Source: Chrysomallon squamiferum (lineage: Eukaryota > Animalia > Mollusca). From it: DNA of 64,000 nt. The DNA lies in NCBI GenBank assembly GCA_012295275.1, contig CM022672.1, positions 17,360,001 to 17,424,000 of the forward strand, written 5' to 3'. Shown here one piece after another: positions 36,901 through 50,109 of the stretch. How positions within the stretch are numbered: position 1 is the stretch's first letter; each line of letters opens with the position of its first letter. The notes beneath the pieces are model-generated. The model worked only from the letters and a program-made list of their open reading frames with translations, searched no databases and was not told where the DNA came from. Made by a program: the position numbers and the translations under genes.

Positions 36901-39335
36901 AACCAGCAAACTTGGGAACAATTAAAAATGTTTAATTTTTTAATTTTTTTTTTTTAATTAAAAATGTTTAAAATGTAAAATAAACTATGGAAAATAAAGA
37001 ATGAAATTGTATTTAAGAGATACATATTAATATACTTCTAAATGTCTGGTAATTCCAGTTTTCTGGGGTTTTTTTTATTTGTCTGCATGGGTATGTGACT
37101 ATGTTATTTCTGTATGTGTGTAAGTCTGTGACTACATGTGGCTTTCATGGCATATTTGTATGAGTATCAGGAGTATCAGTTCATATTTGTTTTATTTCAG
37201 ATGTAATAGTTTCATTGAAGAAATTAAACGGTTACCAAATGCTGAAGAAATGTGGCCAGTGTATCTCAAAGCACCTTTTAGTATGTACACAGAAAAGGTC
37301 TATTTGGATAAAACTCTTCAGTTTGATAGTTTCAGTAAGTAGAACATACAACCACAAAAACCTTAATTGTTTTTTTCTTTTTCACATTGAACTTATGGAA
37401 ACTGCATTTTATTAAACTCTATTTGAAATAATATTTCTGGAAAACCAAAATACTTTTTAAAACTAATTTCAGTTTATTAAACTATTTTAGAAATTGTTAA
37501 ATATTGTTTGTTTTTTTTGATGAAAATTCTTTAAATTGTCTTGATAAATAGCAAATGTTAAATAGTGTAGACAAATGAATCATTGACTAAAATTTACTTA
37601 CTTGCTTATTAATACTAATATAATATGAACATACAGTTTAAGATTTTGAAATCTGTTGCTCAGGTAAAGTTCAAAGATTTTGGTCTGTTCATGAAAACTT
37701 GTTTCTTAGCATTCACATTGGTGTCAGAGGGAACAAGTAGCTACATTTCATGGTTCATCTGAAAATGAACAGAATGTATTCTCCGAATGATAAACATTTT
37801 TAAAATCATCTCAGTTTTTGATTAACCACTCTGTAAAATTATACCTATTTTTTTTTATTTTTTTTTTTTTTTTTTTTTCTACTCTCTTTTTTTATTATTT
37901 CTTGACCACTCTTTAGAATTACAACTTGTTTGCGTATATATTTATCTCTCTCACTTTCATTTTTATAATTATTATTATTTTTTTTAACTTGCAGATAACT
38001 ATTACATCACCTCCAAGAGTAAGTTCTTACATATTCCTTTCTCAGATTTCACCAAGCCTTTGTTCTGCAGAGATTTCATTGACAAAATGGATTCATTCCC
38101 ACCTTCAACATCGTGTTTGTTTGATGTCACAGTTCACACAGATTTCAGACAGGTACTCTCACATTCCTCGGTGACGATGGATTTCTGTATCTTCAACAGC
38201 CCAGGACAGCCATCGTTTGTTGCCAGGTTCACTGTATGTTCTCATTTTTCAGCCTGTTTTCTCATGTGTTGGCAACAATGGCCACATCTCTTTGTTTAGA
38301 GGTGACAGTGTGAGTGTCATGGTTTTTACAGGTATGCTAAGTTACCCAGTTTTACTATTCTTTCATTCGTGCAAAAAATACACACAAACACACACACACA
38401 CATACACATATTTTTTTTTTTGGTATAAAATGATTTTCAACAGATAGTATTTATAGATTCTGAATGATTAAGCAGGTTTATCAGTATTGTCTTTAAAATA
38501 ATAATAATAACATATTTAATACAGGAACAACAGACAACTACTGCGATGATTAGAAAGGGGCATCCAGTTATTTATTTTATCCTGCAATCCCAAATAATAC
38601 AAAAAACTAACTGAAAAATTGTTTTATTTCTCAGCTCATTCCTCTTGAGACTAGTTGATTCATACATTTTTATTTCATTGTCACCCGACTATATATCAAA
38701 AAAAAAAAAAATTAAACAACAGTAATAAAAAAACAATAACAAAAAACATAGTTCTTAAATATAAAAAAAGTTTATTGGGTAATTTTGAAATGATAATTTT
38801 GTAACAGCTAATTTTCACTAAAGGCATGGTTTCCAATATATTCACTACAGGGCATGAAAATAATTATCTAATGTAAATTCCTTTTATTGTTTGTTATATG
38901 TATTATATCTGAATTTGTCTGTTTTTATTTGTGTAGTGTCATTTGTACAATATTTGTTAAGATTTTTTGTAAGATTTTCTAGAACTATCATTTTCTAACT
39001 GCAATATTTTGATTTAGATTGTTCCGTGGAGAAGTTCATTCCATACTGCAAGATCTCTGATCCTGTGTTTTGTAAGGATCTCATTTCTATACCAGACTCA
39101 CAGCCAAACCCAGTGTTTGTAACTTACAATATTGACATCCAGTATGGTCCATCCAAAGTGTGGAACTATTCTTCAGTGAGCCCCAGTTTCAGTGTATTTA
39201 ATGAAGACTGGAAACTGCAGTTAGAACCCAATACTTTGTACCATCTTGAGTTTTATCCATCTTTCACAACAGTTGATGGAAAAGGAAGGTGTGTGATTGT
39301 TCAAGGCAACAAGCTGACTGTGAGGCTTTTAACAG
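33568..39335 (+). CDS. RING-less TRIM-like protein: B-box, coiled coil, two FN3-like modules (last exon not identified; 1-nt frame break in exon 7)
   Basis: Exons 33568-33843, 34408-34503, 35093-35194, 35654-35794, 36797-36819, 37201-37334, 37995-38331, 39018-39335; all GT-AG and phase-compatible except one extra base in exon 7. B-box-2 pattern CRTH-x6-YCLQC-x3-LCKEC..H..H; coiled-coil IRLEFVALHSLLIEREEELISRIEE; FN3 tyrosine-corner motifs LLPGSLY and LEPNTLY. Confidence 0.8.
34408..34503 (+). CDS. TRIM-like exon 2 (96 nt, coiled coil): NDLFEKMENMSTFLSSVDYYNDDVENQKLRLE
   Basis: TTGTAG| acceptor, GAG|GTAAGC donor, phase 0-0. Confidence 0.85.
35093..35194 (+). CDS. TRIM-like exon 3 (coiled coil): LAWLARKEDIRLEFVALHSLLIEREEELISRIEE
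   Basis: TTAACAG| acceptor, GAG|GTAGTT donor, 102 nt; typical TRIM coiled-coil I..EF..LH..L.E.E..L...EE pattern. Confidence 0.85.
35654..35794 (+). CDS. TRIM-like exon 4 (coiled coil): DVQTVLAEMSCLKEDKEKLEYEEIEISDECLNLVQDKVLSDVDTFSK
   Basis: ATTCAG| acceptor, AAG|GTGAAT donor, 141 nt, phase 0-0. Confidence 0.85.
35837..36516. mobile_element. Non-autonomous Tc1/mariner-superfamily (Tigger/pogo-like) MITE, ~680 bp, in a TRIM-like intron
   Basis: TA on both sides (35835-36, 36517-18); TIRs CAGTATACCCTC.. and ..GAGGGAATACTG; Tigger-type right end TCGCTATTCGCGGGGG..GAACGTAACCCCCGCGAATAGCGAGGG; no transposase ORF. Confidence 0.85.
36797..36819 (+). CDS. TRIM-like exon 5 (23-nt micro-exon): KQEILIE(K)
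   Basis: TTTTTCAG| acceptor, AA|GTAAGT donor; gives the phase 0-to-2 bridge required by the next exon. Confidence 0.8.
37201..37334 (+). CDS. TRIM-like exon 6 (linker): CNSFIEEIKRLPNAEEMWPVYLKAPFSMYTEKVYLDKTLQFDSF
   Basis: TTTATTTCAG| acceptor, A|GTAAGT donor, 134 nt, phase 2-1. Confidence 0.82.
37995..38331 (+). CDS. TRIM-like exon 7, FN3-like module 1, with one extra base near 38200-38202
   Basis: TTGCAG| acceptor, CAG|GTATGC donor, 337 nt (3n+1). The 5' part (PLFCRDFI..SHSSVTMDFCIFNS) and the 3' part in the +1 frame (LLPGSLYVLIFQPVFS..GDSVSVMVFTG) both align with exon 8. Confidence 0.78.
39018..39335 (+). CDS. TRIM-like exon 8, FN3-like module 2
   Basis: ATTTAG| acceptor, CAG|GTAAAA donor, 318 nt, phase 1-1; LEPNTLYHLEF motif. 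Confidence 0.85.
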
Positions 39336-41262
39336 GTAAAATATATTTCTTTTTAAACACATTGTTACACAACTCTATTAGTTCTTGATTATTTGACATA
39401 CGCTGTCACCACTATGCAAAATTATTTTGAGATTATACTCCCAGTTTCACAGCAGTTTTAGCAAGATAAAAATAATTAAGTAATGGTCTTAAAAAACATA
39501 GTAATGTATAATATAGCAAGATAATGCAAATTTGAAATAAAAAAGGGCTTGATTTATCATTCTTAATAAGTATCTAAAAGGACAAAGTCCAATTTAATGT
39601 AATGGATTTTAAGAAATCACTGTTATAATGAAATAAATATTAAAAGTTTAAATGATGTTTTAATGAGATCAATATCTTTAAAAAAAAAAAAGAGTAATTT
39701 TTGTTCATTTTTTTTATTCTTAGTTTTAGCATTATTTTTATTTTTCAGATAATGATTTTTTAAATTTCTTTTTTTATATATACCTTGTTATTTTGTTATT
39801 ATAAACTGATTATTTAATCATTTTTATGTCAAATTTAGCAATTGGTTTAAAAAAGAAAAAAAACATATTTCAAGATCCTAAAATATATTGCATGAACAAT
39901 TATTTGGGATGTATCTTGGAATGATCTGGGTTACTTTGTATTTAGCAGCTAGAAATATCTTTAAACAATCTTTCTGTACAAAGGAATATATCCACTGTTT
40001 ACTTAAACCATTCAGGTTCATTTACAGAAAGTTAAGTTTTGTTTGGTTCCATAGTACTTTGTGTTTAGTTACTGTTTACATCATATAATCCAATATTTTA
40101 TTCCTACCTTTTTATTTTATTTTATTTTATTTTTTTTTTGAAAGAAGAAAAAGAAGAAGAAGAAGAAGAAGAAGAAGAAGAAGAAGAAGAGGATGAGCAG
40201 CAGGAATATCATAGAAAATCTTCATGAAACTAGCTGAAATCTGAAATACAGCTTAATGTTTACCTCTCAGACTAGCTATAAACATACAATATATACTTCT
40301 GAATTAGATTCTGTTTTTATCTAGAAATGTTGGTACATTTGTTTGTACAATCATTAATATATACATATATATATGTGTGTGTGTGTGCATTTACAAAAAA
40401 TACAACAAAAAACAAACAGGAATCATCAAACTGGTTTATATGTGTTAACTGGGGCTGTATAAAGTCTTGGTGGTTACAGAACTTTCATGGATCAAACAAA
40501 GCAAAATAATTCTAAATTATGCACATGTTCCAAACTGCAGGGTATTGATAGTGTGTGATGTTTGGCAAATGTAGTATAGTAACCATATTTCAGCAAAATG
40601 CTGCCATTTTTATGTGCATTCCAGGAAAGTAAACCTGTAAAAATGTGGAAAAATATGACTAAATTTTATTCAAGCTGTTATTGCTTTGCTTTTAAAATAA
40701 TAAAATTTTATTTTGTAATTACATTTTACATTCTCTTTATATATTTCACTAATTTAGTAATGTTTTGATTTGATCCCTTTTTTTTTTTCAAACAGCACAG
40801 TTTAATTTTAACATAGTATTATTCTGTAGAATTATTTGTACTGGAAACATTCGCAGAATTAATATATATGTACTAGATAATTCTTAAATAATATTCGTTT
40901 TCTTTAAATCCAGTTATTTATTTAGTTATAAAAGGCCACAAGAAACGGTAAATAATCAAATGTTATAAATAAACAATAGTGTGATAAAAAGTAAATTAAC
41001 TGTGTATAAATTGTTGTTGTTTTTAATTCATATGTATATATATATATTAAATTTACGATTAAATAATTTGGATCATACACTGTATGTGTATTTAAAATCA
41101 AAGTCGATGAAACTAACAAATTGTCTTCAATCTAACAAATGTGTCTGAACAGAGTGGATATCCTATGAATATTTTTGTTAAGTTGACTTTAACTTACTTC
41201 TGTACTTTTTTGAAAATGGAATTATATTTGTTATATGGGCGCATATATCGTTTTGTATATTT

Positions 41263-41300
<38 letters not shown>

Positions 41301-41383
41301 AAAAATTAAAACAAGTGTATATTGTGAACACTAAATTTAAATACACCTGTATTATTAAAGTTAGATTTTATTAATAACGTAAT

Positions 41384-41417
<34 letters not shown>

Positions 41418-43468
41418 TAGTTTATTTGTTTATTTGTTACAAATATATTTGTCCTTGGTCCAAATTATCTGAGAAAATTTGCAGTCAAGTTTTGTTTATT
41501 GAACATAGTTTATGCACTGCAGCCTTTTATTTCAGTGATGATGTAAGCAGTCTTTATTATGTACTTCACATAAAATTAATTGAAATAAAAATTCCACTTG
41601 TTTTCCCATGATGTATTTGCTTTATTTTTATTTCATATTTTTCAAGTGTGTGCACTTGTCAGGCAAAACAGTTATATATATATATATACATTACAGCAAT
41701 AACTATCTAGCTGTATCTGTCTGGCTGTCTGTCTCTCTATCTGTATCTTTCTATCGGTCTGTCTGTCTATTTATCAGTCTGTTTATTTGTCTGTCTGTCT
41801 CTATCTATATATATCTATATCTATATATATATATCTATAGACACACAATGTATATAAAAAAAAAAAAACCCAGTGAAATAAATTAAATACTGGTATAATG
41901 TTTAAAGAATTTTACATAAATTTTCACTATGCTTAAAATAAATCTTTGCAATAATATTTACAGTTATAGAGTATTCTCTTTTATTTTCGGAGTCGGATAT
42001 AAAGGAAGAGATGATTCTGGAAATCGATGCAAAATGGTTTTTATATACAACCTTATATATCTATAATGGAAACATTTTCAGGGTTGGAATTGTAAATGTT
42101 TCAGAATCTTTACGATTTATATAACCATTAAAATGTATTTTCAAAAATAAACAAGTCTTTTAATATTAATATGTGGAGAAACAGATTACAGATTTTTGGT
42201 TCGTTTATAAATAAATAAATAATCATAAAATAGGGGGAAAATCGAAAAAGTCGTGTGATGTTTTGTAAAATAAAACGACAACAACAAAAACAAAAACACA
42301 CTGAAAAACAAAAACGAAAAAAATAAATAAAATAATAATAATAATAAAATAATATGAACATGCAGCGTAGTTGTATTATATTTTTATTAATAGTTATTTC
42401 CAGATATCTTTATTTTTTTAAACCTTTTCGATATAAGAACTGTGAATGCATTCTAAGTCTGGAGTTACTTCAAGAAAAAAAAAAAAAAAATAAAAATAAT
42501 AATATAAATAAATAAATAAATAAAATGAAAAAAAAAAAAATTAAAAATTAAAAATTAAAATATAATAATAATAATAATAATTAAAAAATTTCTTTTAGAA
42601 AACACCCCTGAGAAATTCAAGAGTACTGCAGTTCCATTCTGACTTAAAGGTTTATCACATCTACTAATAAACTGTTAAATAATTACACAATCCGCGCTAT
42701 CGCATATCGAATTAAGACAGCATTACAAATCACGTACATGGTCAAGTATAACTGTTAGCTTTATGCAGCAAACAGATAAGAATGACGTTCATTTACATGA
42801 TTCACGGTAACCGACCAGGTTCTATGAATAGCGGCGGTTCCATTGAAAGGCAGCGGCAGACTTCATATGAATATCTCATTAGAAGAAGACACTGCAGTTT
42901 AGACATCTCCTGGAGATCACTGAATTACTATTTGTGTAGTCTTACATTTCTCGTGGGATTTAAGATTGGCTTTCCATATGAACTGATTGTTAGGATTTTC
43001 CTTTGCAGGTGAGAAGGTAGGTAAACTTTTTTTATTTGGAAGAATAATACATTGAAATTTTGTACATGACATACATACATATACGTACGCGCGCACACAC
43101 ACACACACACACACATTTTTAAAATACGTACGTATATAGATACATATACGTACGTACATGCATACATAGATACGTACGTACATACATACGTACGTACACA
43201 ATATTAAATGAATACATGACATCTGAGTAACCAAATTTTTCTGTATTTGACAAATAATAAATAGGCTTAATTATGTTACTGTGTTAATAATCATAATCAC
43301 TTTTGTTTCATATCTGATACGACTAAATTTTATTTGCATATATTATGCAGGTTACTTATTCCACGCTGTGAATCGAAACGAACTGGCTGTACGATGTTAA
43401 TGAATTTAAAAGATATATATTTTGAGTGCGTGTGAGGGTGTGGGCGTGGGTTGTTGTGGGTATGTGTG

Positions 43469-43520
<52 letters not shown>

Positions 43521-44046
43521 AATGAACAGAATAATGAACTTGAAAGAAACATATGTTCATTTAAAACACCTAATAACAACTCACATTAACAATGCAGTCC
43601 CAGTTAAACCGACTATGCCATCACCCAGTACAGTATCAGAACTGTCGACAAGATTAAAACACCATTAGTACCAACAACAACTCCAACAACACCAACATCA
43701 GTAAAACTTGTACTGCCATCAACATTAATACCAACTCCAGAAACACGGTAATAACTACAACAATTTTAAATAAATTAAAAAAAATATATATATAAAAAAT
43801 TAAAAAAAATTAAAAAATATCCTTGTATTTCTTATTTCACCGCTTATTAAGCTTCGCCATAAGGATGAAACGGATGCACAGACTAATTAGAGTTCTAAAT
43901 ATTAGTTTCTAGCCCTGCTTAAACATGTTTCTCCAAAACACGAAACATTAATTTCATAGTTCTGGTATGTATCATACCTGTCCAAATAAATGTAATAACA
44001 AGCCAACGAATATATTGCAGACATAAGGAACTTAAAACAACACACA

Positions 44047-44108
<62 letters not shown>

Positions 44109-44237
44109 TTTGTTTGATAGCACATCCAAATTTTCAATAGGTAGTTATTTATCATTTGTCTTGAATCACGGAAGAAAAACTTATTTTATTTAGATAAACT
44201 TAAAAAGGCAATTAAAATGAAATGAAATGAAATGAAA

Positions 44238-44268
<31 letters not shown>

Positions 44269-44825
44269 ACAGACGATTCATACACCCTGTGACACAAATA
44301 ATAATAAATCACACATACACATACACAGAGACAGACACATACACAAACAACACACAAATTCACAGATGTGCATCCTTTAACAAACATAATTATACAGCCG
44401 CTTTGAAATTTTATCACATACAAAACAAAACCTAGCTACTACCAGCGTCACTCTTTGACCGAGTTTGTTTTTACTTTTAAAATAGCTGACGTCTTTTGGC
44501 TCGAAGGACAAAAAATGCACAGGATGTCAGCGTGTGCTTTTATAAACACAGCAATAAAGCTTGAAACAAAATAACAAGTATCAGATATGAATAATAATCA
44601 TTAAAAAAAAAAAACTACGTCAAAGATTCTCGAATCTAAATCTACTGTCGAAGTTTGTTTCACAGTTCTCGTCTAGAAAGATGAATACAAAACAGGTCAC
44701 GATGACATTTCGTAACGCTTCATTGATCATTGATCAAGTTTGGCATTTTCTATTTTTCACCAGTTCCAATTTCTGTCGAAATGTGTTATTTTTTTTAAAA
44801 TTATTATTTTAATAAATACATAATA

Positions 44826-44867
<42 letters not shown>

Positions 44868-45773
44868 TAATAATATACTGGATGACAGATAGACATACGG
44901 TCATATGTAAAAACTGACACACTTAAGAACAGACAGAAAACACATGAAAGAAATACAGATTCTCCTGTTTATTTTATTTTATTATTTAAATCTACAGATA
45001 TATTAAGAGACACTCATTTCAGATGGACATGCAGAAACCCACTATTAGCTAAACACAAGATACATACATATATACAATTTTTTTTAACATGTCAACTGTT
45101 TTCGCTTATTAACTTCTAAAGATGGTATCTGTCAATATAGACTATCCCCGTGACAATGCTTCAGTAATGTACAAATGATCGTCTTTAAAGAAATGACAGC
45201 TGACTCATCCACTTATTCATAGACTAGACCAGAACGTAAGCTTATAGCCGTGATATCAGAAAAGAACAATAGAGAAGTCAACATCATCATAACTATATTG
45301 ATGATATATATTTGTGTGGTACACTGCACTTGATACAGAAATATATAGTACACTGCCAGGTTAACACATTACTTGTCATTTTGATGCTGAGCAGATTGAA
45401 ATACGTCGACACCTAAAGTCATTTAGGCCTACTAATTGGGATTTTGATGGTCGTAGTTTTTAGTTGAAATAGTTTAAGTGGTATTATCTCTTCAGTAAAA
45501 TGTTTGAGCTACATGGTTTTTTTTTTTTTTTTTTTCAATAACGTGTTTCTTTATATTTTTGTACATACACGCAAGCACGCACTGAGTATATATTTCTTAA
45601 ATTCATTAATACCATACAGCCTGTTCGTTTCGATTTAAAAAACAGCGTAATAATAAATAAATGAGAAACGAACCACAAATAAAATAAAATTTAGTATTAT
45701 CTGATATCAAACAAAGAGTATCAGTTATATAAAATGATTAGGCCTGTTAATTAATTGTCGAACACAGAAAAGC

Positions 45774-45814
<41 letters not shown>

Positions 45815-46417
45815 CGCGCGCGAATAAATTTATTTCTAAAAATGACTTATATATATATATAACTCCCAGCCATTTATATATATGTATGTACTAAAGAACA
45901 GACTGTGAAAAAGTGAGTAACGAGAATATAATTACGTTCTGCGATGACATGTACCAGATTTCGGAAAATACGCGAATACTTTTATTACTGAGGACTGAAA
46001 ATAATCAAATGGCTTATTTATTTTAGGAGTTAATAAATCTGGTAACAAGCTGTTTCGAATATCGAATTTGTCAGTATAAAAGTCATAGGTTTAAATGGTG
46101 GTAGTGCATTTATTTATTTTATTTTATTTTTATCTTTTTCAGTTTTTGTTTTAAGGTAAATTAGACTAATTTATATAAAAGTTGAAACGACTCGTTAATG
46201 ATAAAGTCTCTGATTGTAAAAAGCACACAAAACAACATTTTTATTAAATAAAAAAAAAATATATATATATTCCAAAAAAACAACAAATCTGAATCATTTA
46301 CGTAGCTTTGAATTTATTTTCGTTTTAAATTTCTTTCTGCTCACTTGATTACCTTATTAATATACTGTTCCAGTAGCTTTTGGGTTACCATAGTTTAAAG
46401 ATTGGTTGCTGAAACGT

Positions 46418-46453
<36 letters not shown>

Positions 46454-47522
46454 AACCAGTTCTAGGTCGTTTTTATTTTGAAGAAATCGTTTTGTCGTCT
46501 GGAACATTTACATCAAATTATGTTTTTAAACAGAATAGATTGTTATTACTATACAGGTTTAAATAATTCGTTTTTAGATAGAATAAGATTTATTAATTTC
46601 AAATTTCGGACCCCCCACCCTGGCAAATTCACTAATCCACTGCCCCAAAGTCACAATCGTTCCAGCGAGCCTGCAGGAAAAGCTCGCTGTCAACAAGTGG
46701 TGGGAAACTGTTTTTTTTTTTCCATTAGCAGCAAACGATCTTTAATACGTACCTTCCCTTAGACAGGAAATCACATTCCAAGGCAATGATAATTATGGAC
46801 TGGGATACACAGCTGTGTAATCAATGAAATACAGATCTGCCGATGTTTCTTCCTCATCCTCTGAACATAATCAAATGCGTCTAATCAGCTGAAGTCAATT
46901 CTCACACAGAACGCGACCAACTGTTTAATCTATTTAATAATGTAACATTTTTTCTAAGCTGCCCGGATTGTTTCTGAAATACGTGAACAGTTGGACAAGT
47001 TAATTAAAAAAAAATCACGCATTAAATGGTATATATAACACACGAGCGAAATTTTCGGACGTTAAATGAATTGTTACAGTAAAAAAAGTCGCAGAGTGAG
47101 ACCTGCTGTAACCTAAACTTAATGTGTTGACAGATGTCGCGTTTCTCTAACGACAATAATCCCTCGTATCAAACAGTCCAGACATCTCTCCCACACACTA
47201 ATCACCAGTGTAAAACTAACTAACTTACTAACTACGGTGATTACAGAACAGTGGGCTCGTACATTAAACAGTGTAACTTTACGTTACATTGTTGTTATTG
47301 AAATCCGGACATCTCGTCTCATCGCAGCGGTTTCGCAAGCTATTGATTTCTGTGACAGTTGACTGCTGCTGTTTGTTGTTCGCCGACTGTCAGTCCACAC
47401 GGTGCTTTTGTCAGTCACTCCTGGCACAAGTGGATTCAGTCTTTAAAGTAAGTGAATTATTTTTACCTTTATATCAAAAGTTAAATATTATAGGTTTTGA
47501 TTTTTCTGTCACTTTTAAAACT

Positions 47523-47544
47523 ATACTGCTACTACTATTATTAT

Positions 47545-47610
<66 letters not shown>

Positions 47611-47823
47611 AACTACTGTTACTATAGTTTTTGATTTTTCGGTCACTTTTTAAACTATACTACTACTACTACTACTGTTACTATTAAAAAGTTAACTACT
47701 ACTTTTACTTTTACTACTACTAATTACTACTACTACTACTACTACTACTGTTACTATTATTACTACTTCCAGTACCACCATTACTACTTCTACAACCACT
47801 ACTACTAATACAACTACTACTAC
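47523..47823. repeat. (CTA)n-rich low-complexity tract with an internal ~125-bp duplication
   Basis: CTA runs; TTTTGATTTTTC(T/G)GTCACTTTT..AAACTATACT occurs at ~47495 and ~47629. Confidence 0.9.
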
Positions 47824-50109
47824 ATAAAAACCACAATGTTAATAAGTGATTTAGTTAACTGAATTGTTTCCTCAGCTTATTAACATCTTTCATAAGTTTT
47901 TATTAAAAGATTCGCATTTTTTAACACAGGAATACATAGTTTATTAATAATGCCTTTTCCCATTTTTAACTGAAATCTGCATTGCATTTCCAGTATGCAT
48001 ATCTTTACTTTTGTCGTTCTTAGCTATTCACGTCTAATGGTATACAATACAGGGAATGAGTAATTTAATGTATACACTTCTACATGATTTTGGCAAACTA
48101 ACAACTTGAAATTAACCATACTTCTTACGTCTAATGTACTTGGTAACGTGGACTAAAGAACGACGGGAGAATTTCACTTTAAAATAGTGTTAACGGATAA
48201 AGTTCCGATGTCAACTCTTAGCAGGCTATTGAATTTATAAGACAAATTTACATATTTTAAATTTTTTAGTACTACGTCACAATATTCTGCTTCAATTACA
48301 GATATTTTAGTTGAAAGCATTGAAAATGATTTTCTTTGACCAACGCAGTTTTTAGAGAGGATTTTTTAAAAATTATTATTTTTTTAAAATTATTTTGTTG
48401 TTTCTGTTACTTGACATTATTTTATTTCCTTTGAAGCCAGTGCTTTAGATAGTTATATTATATCAATATTTTACAAAATATACTATATCTAAAAGTCTGT
48501 AATAAATTTTTGGTTTACCAGTATGGTACACAGATAAATATAAATATAAAGATAATGCACAACTCGTACCAGAAGCATTATTTCTTCTTGATCAATAGTA
48601 AATTACTGCAAAATTTTATTTTTCAAAAATAACACGAATTATAATGAGTTTTTTTTCATCTGATACTGTACAGTATGGACTTGATATTTTACTTCAGTTC
48701 TCGTTAGCAGAGTTCTCCGTTGTCTGACTTTGAGGGTGTTTTCATAATTAAGCTCATCAAGATTTTTAATAAATGAGTTTACATATATTCGCTAAGTATA
48801 TGCTCAAAACAGAATATACTAACTTCTCATTTTGCTACGTTCAGTCATTTCGATGATAATGCAATACCAATGATATTATTTTAAAATCATTATGTCGAAA
48901 TAATTATTGTTTCGCTAGGCAGTTTGTCCTATGTTATAACGTATAGTTTAGCTTACTTAATAATTCTTAGCAGTATATTCCATAGGCCTACTTGTTTAAA
49001 TGAGAAATAAAAATGTATATTGTTATGTATACTGTTCTGTATATTAACCTTTGTCATGACAGCTGATAACTGGTATTTTGAGTAATTAGTGCTGTTTTTA
49101 TACTTCATTGATAAATAACAGTTTGAGGTTCCGTTCTAGGCAACCAGGTGACAGTCCTAGGTGCAAAGATAATGGAAATGTTAATGAAATGAACTGACTT
49201 TTATTTTGAGGTGTAGCCCACCATAAACAGGAAATTCAATATCTACTTCCATCGATGTAAATTACCGTAACAAACATTTCCTGATAGAGATAACACACAC
49301 CACAAACACACCCACCCACAAACACACCTTTTTAAAAGAACAGCACTGGACTAAAAAAAGAAGAAGAAGAAGAAGAAATAATTATGTGCAATATAAAGAT
49401 AATAATTTATGTATAAAGTGAATTTTCTTTCATTTTTTCCTTTTAACTATAGTATCCAGAAATAAGGGAAATTACTCCTTCCAAACTGACGGTTCCGCAG
49501 TTGTCTGTACTGTATAACTTAACATCACAATTATTGTAATTGAAATGAGGAAACAGTTTTTATATAACGCCACTTTCTTCTCTAATATTAAGCTTTCATT
49601 TTAAAATCTTACTGTATGAAGGAATAACTTTCGTACTTACTTTCATTTTTTTTTTTTTTTTCGTCTCCTTCCAAATCATTTATTACCGGTACTGTTGTTG
49701 TTACTGTTATTAACAACTAAAAAAAAAAAAAAAAAAAAAAAATAAAAAAAAAAAAAAAAAAAAAAAAATAAAGAAAAAATAATAAAGCATATAACAAATA
49801 AATAAAAATAAACAACAGCTAAAAATAATAATAATAAAAATAATAAGAACAGTGATTAAATAACAAAAAAAAAAAAAAAAAAAAAAATAATCAAACAAAC
49901 AAACAAACAAATAAATAAATAAATAAATAGGTAAATAAATGCACTGATACTGAGAACATCTTATAAATTCTGTATTTATAAATAGGTCGCTTTAATAACT
50001 TTAAAAAGTTTCAAAATTTCAAAAATGTTGGGACAGCAACGAAAATCATTGTTATAATAATTATTTCAAATGATTATTTATTCACGAAAGCAAAGCAAAT
50101 ACAGATTTG

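Noticed and set aside
46600-46646. GC patch resembling a MITE end (GGACCCCCCACCCTGG..AATCCACTGCCC)
   Set aside because: Single fragment with no partner TIR or TSD.
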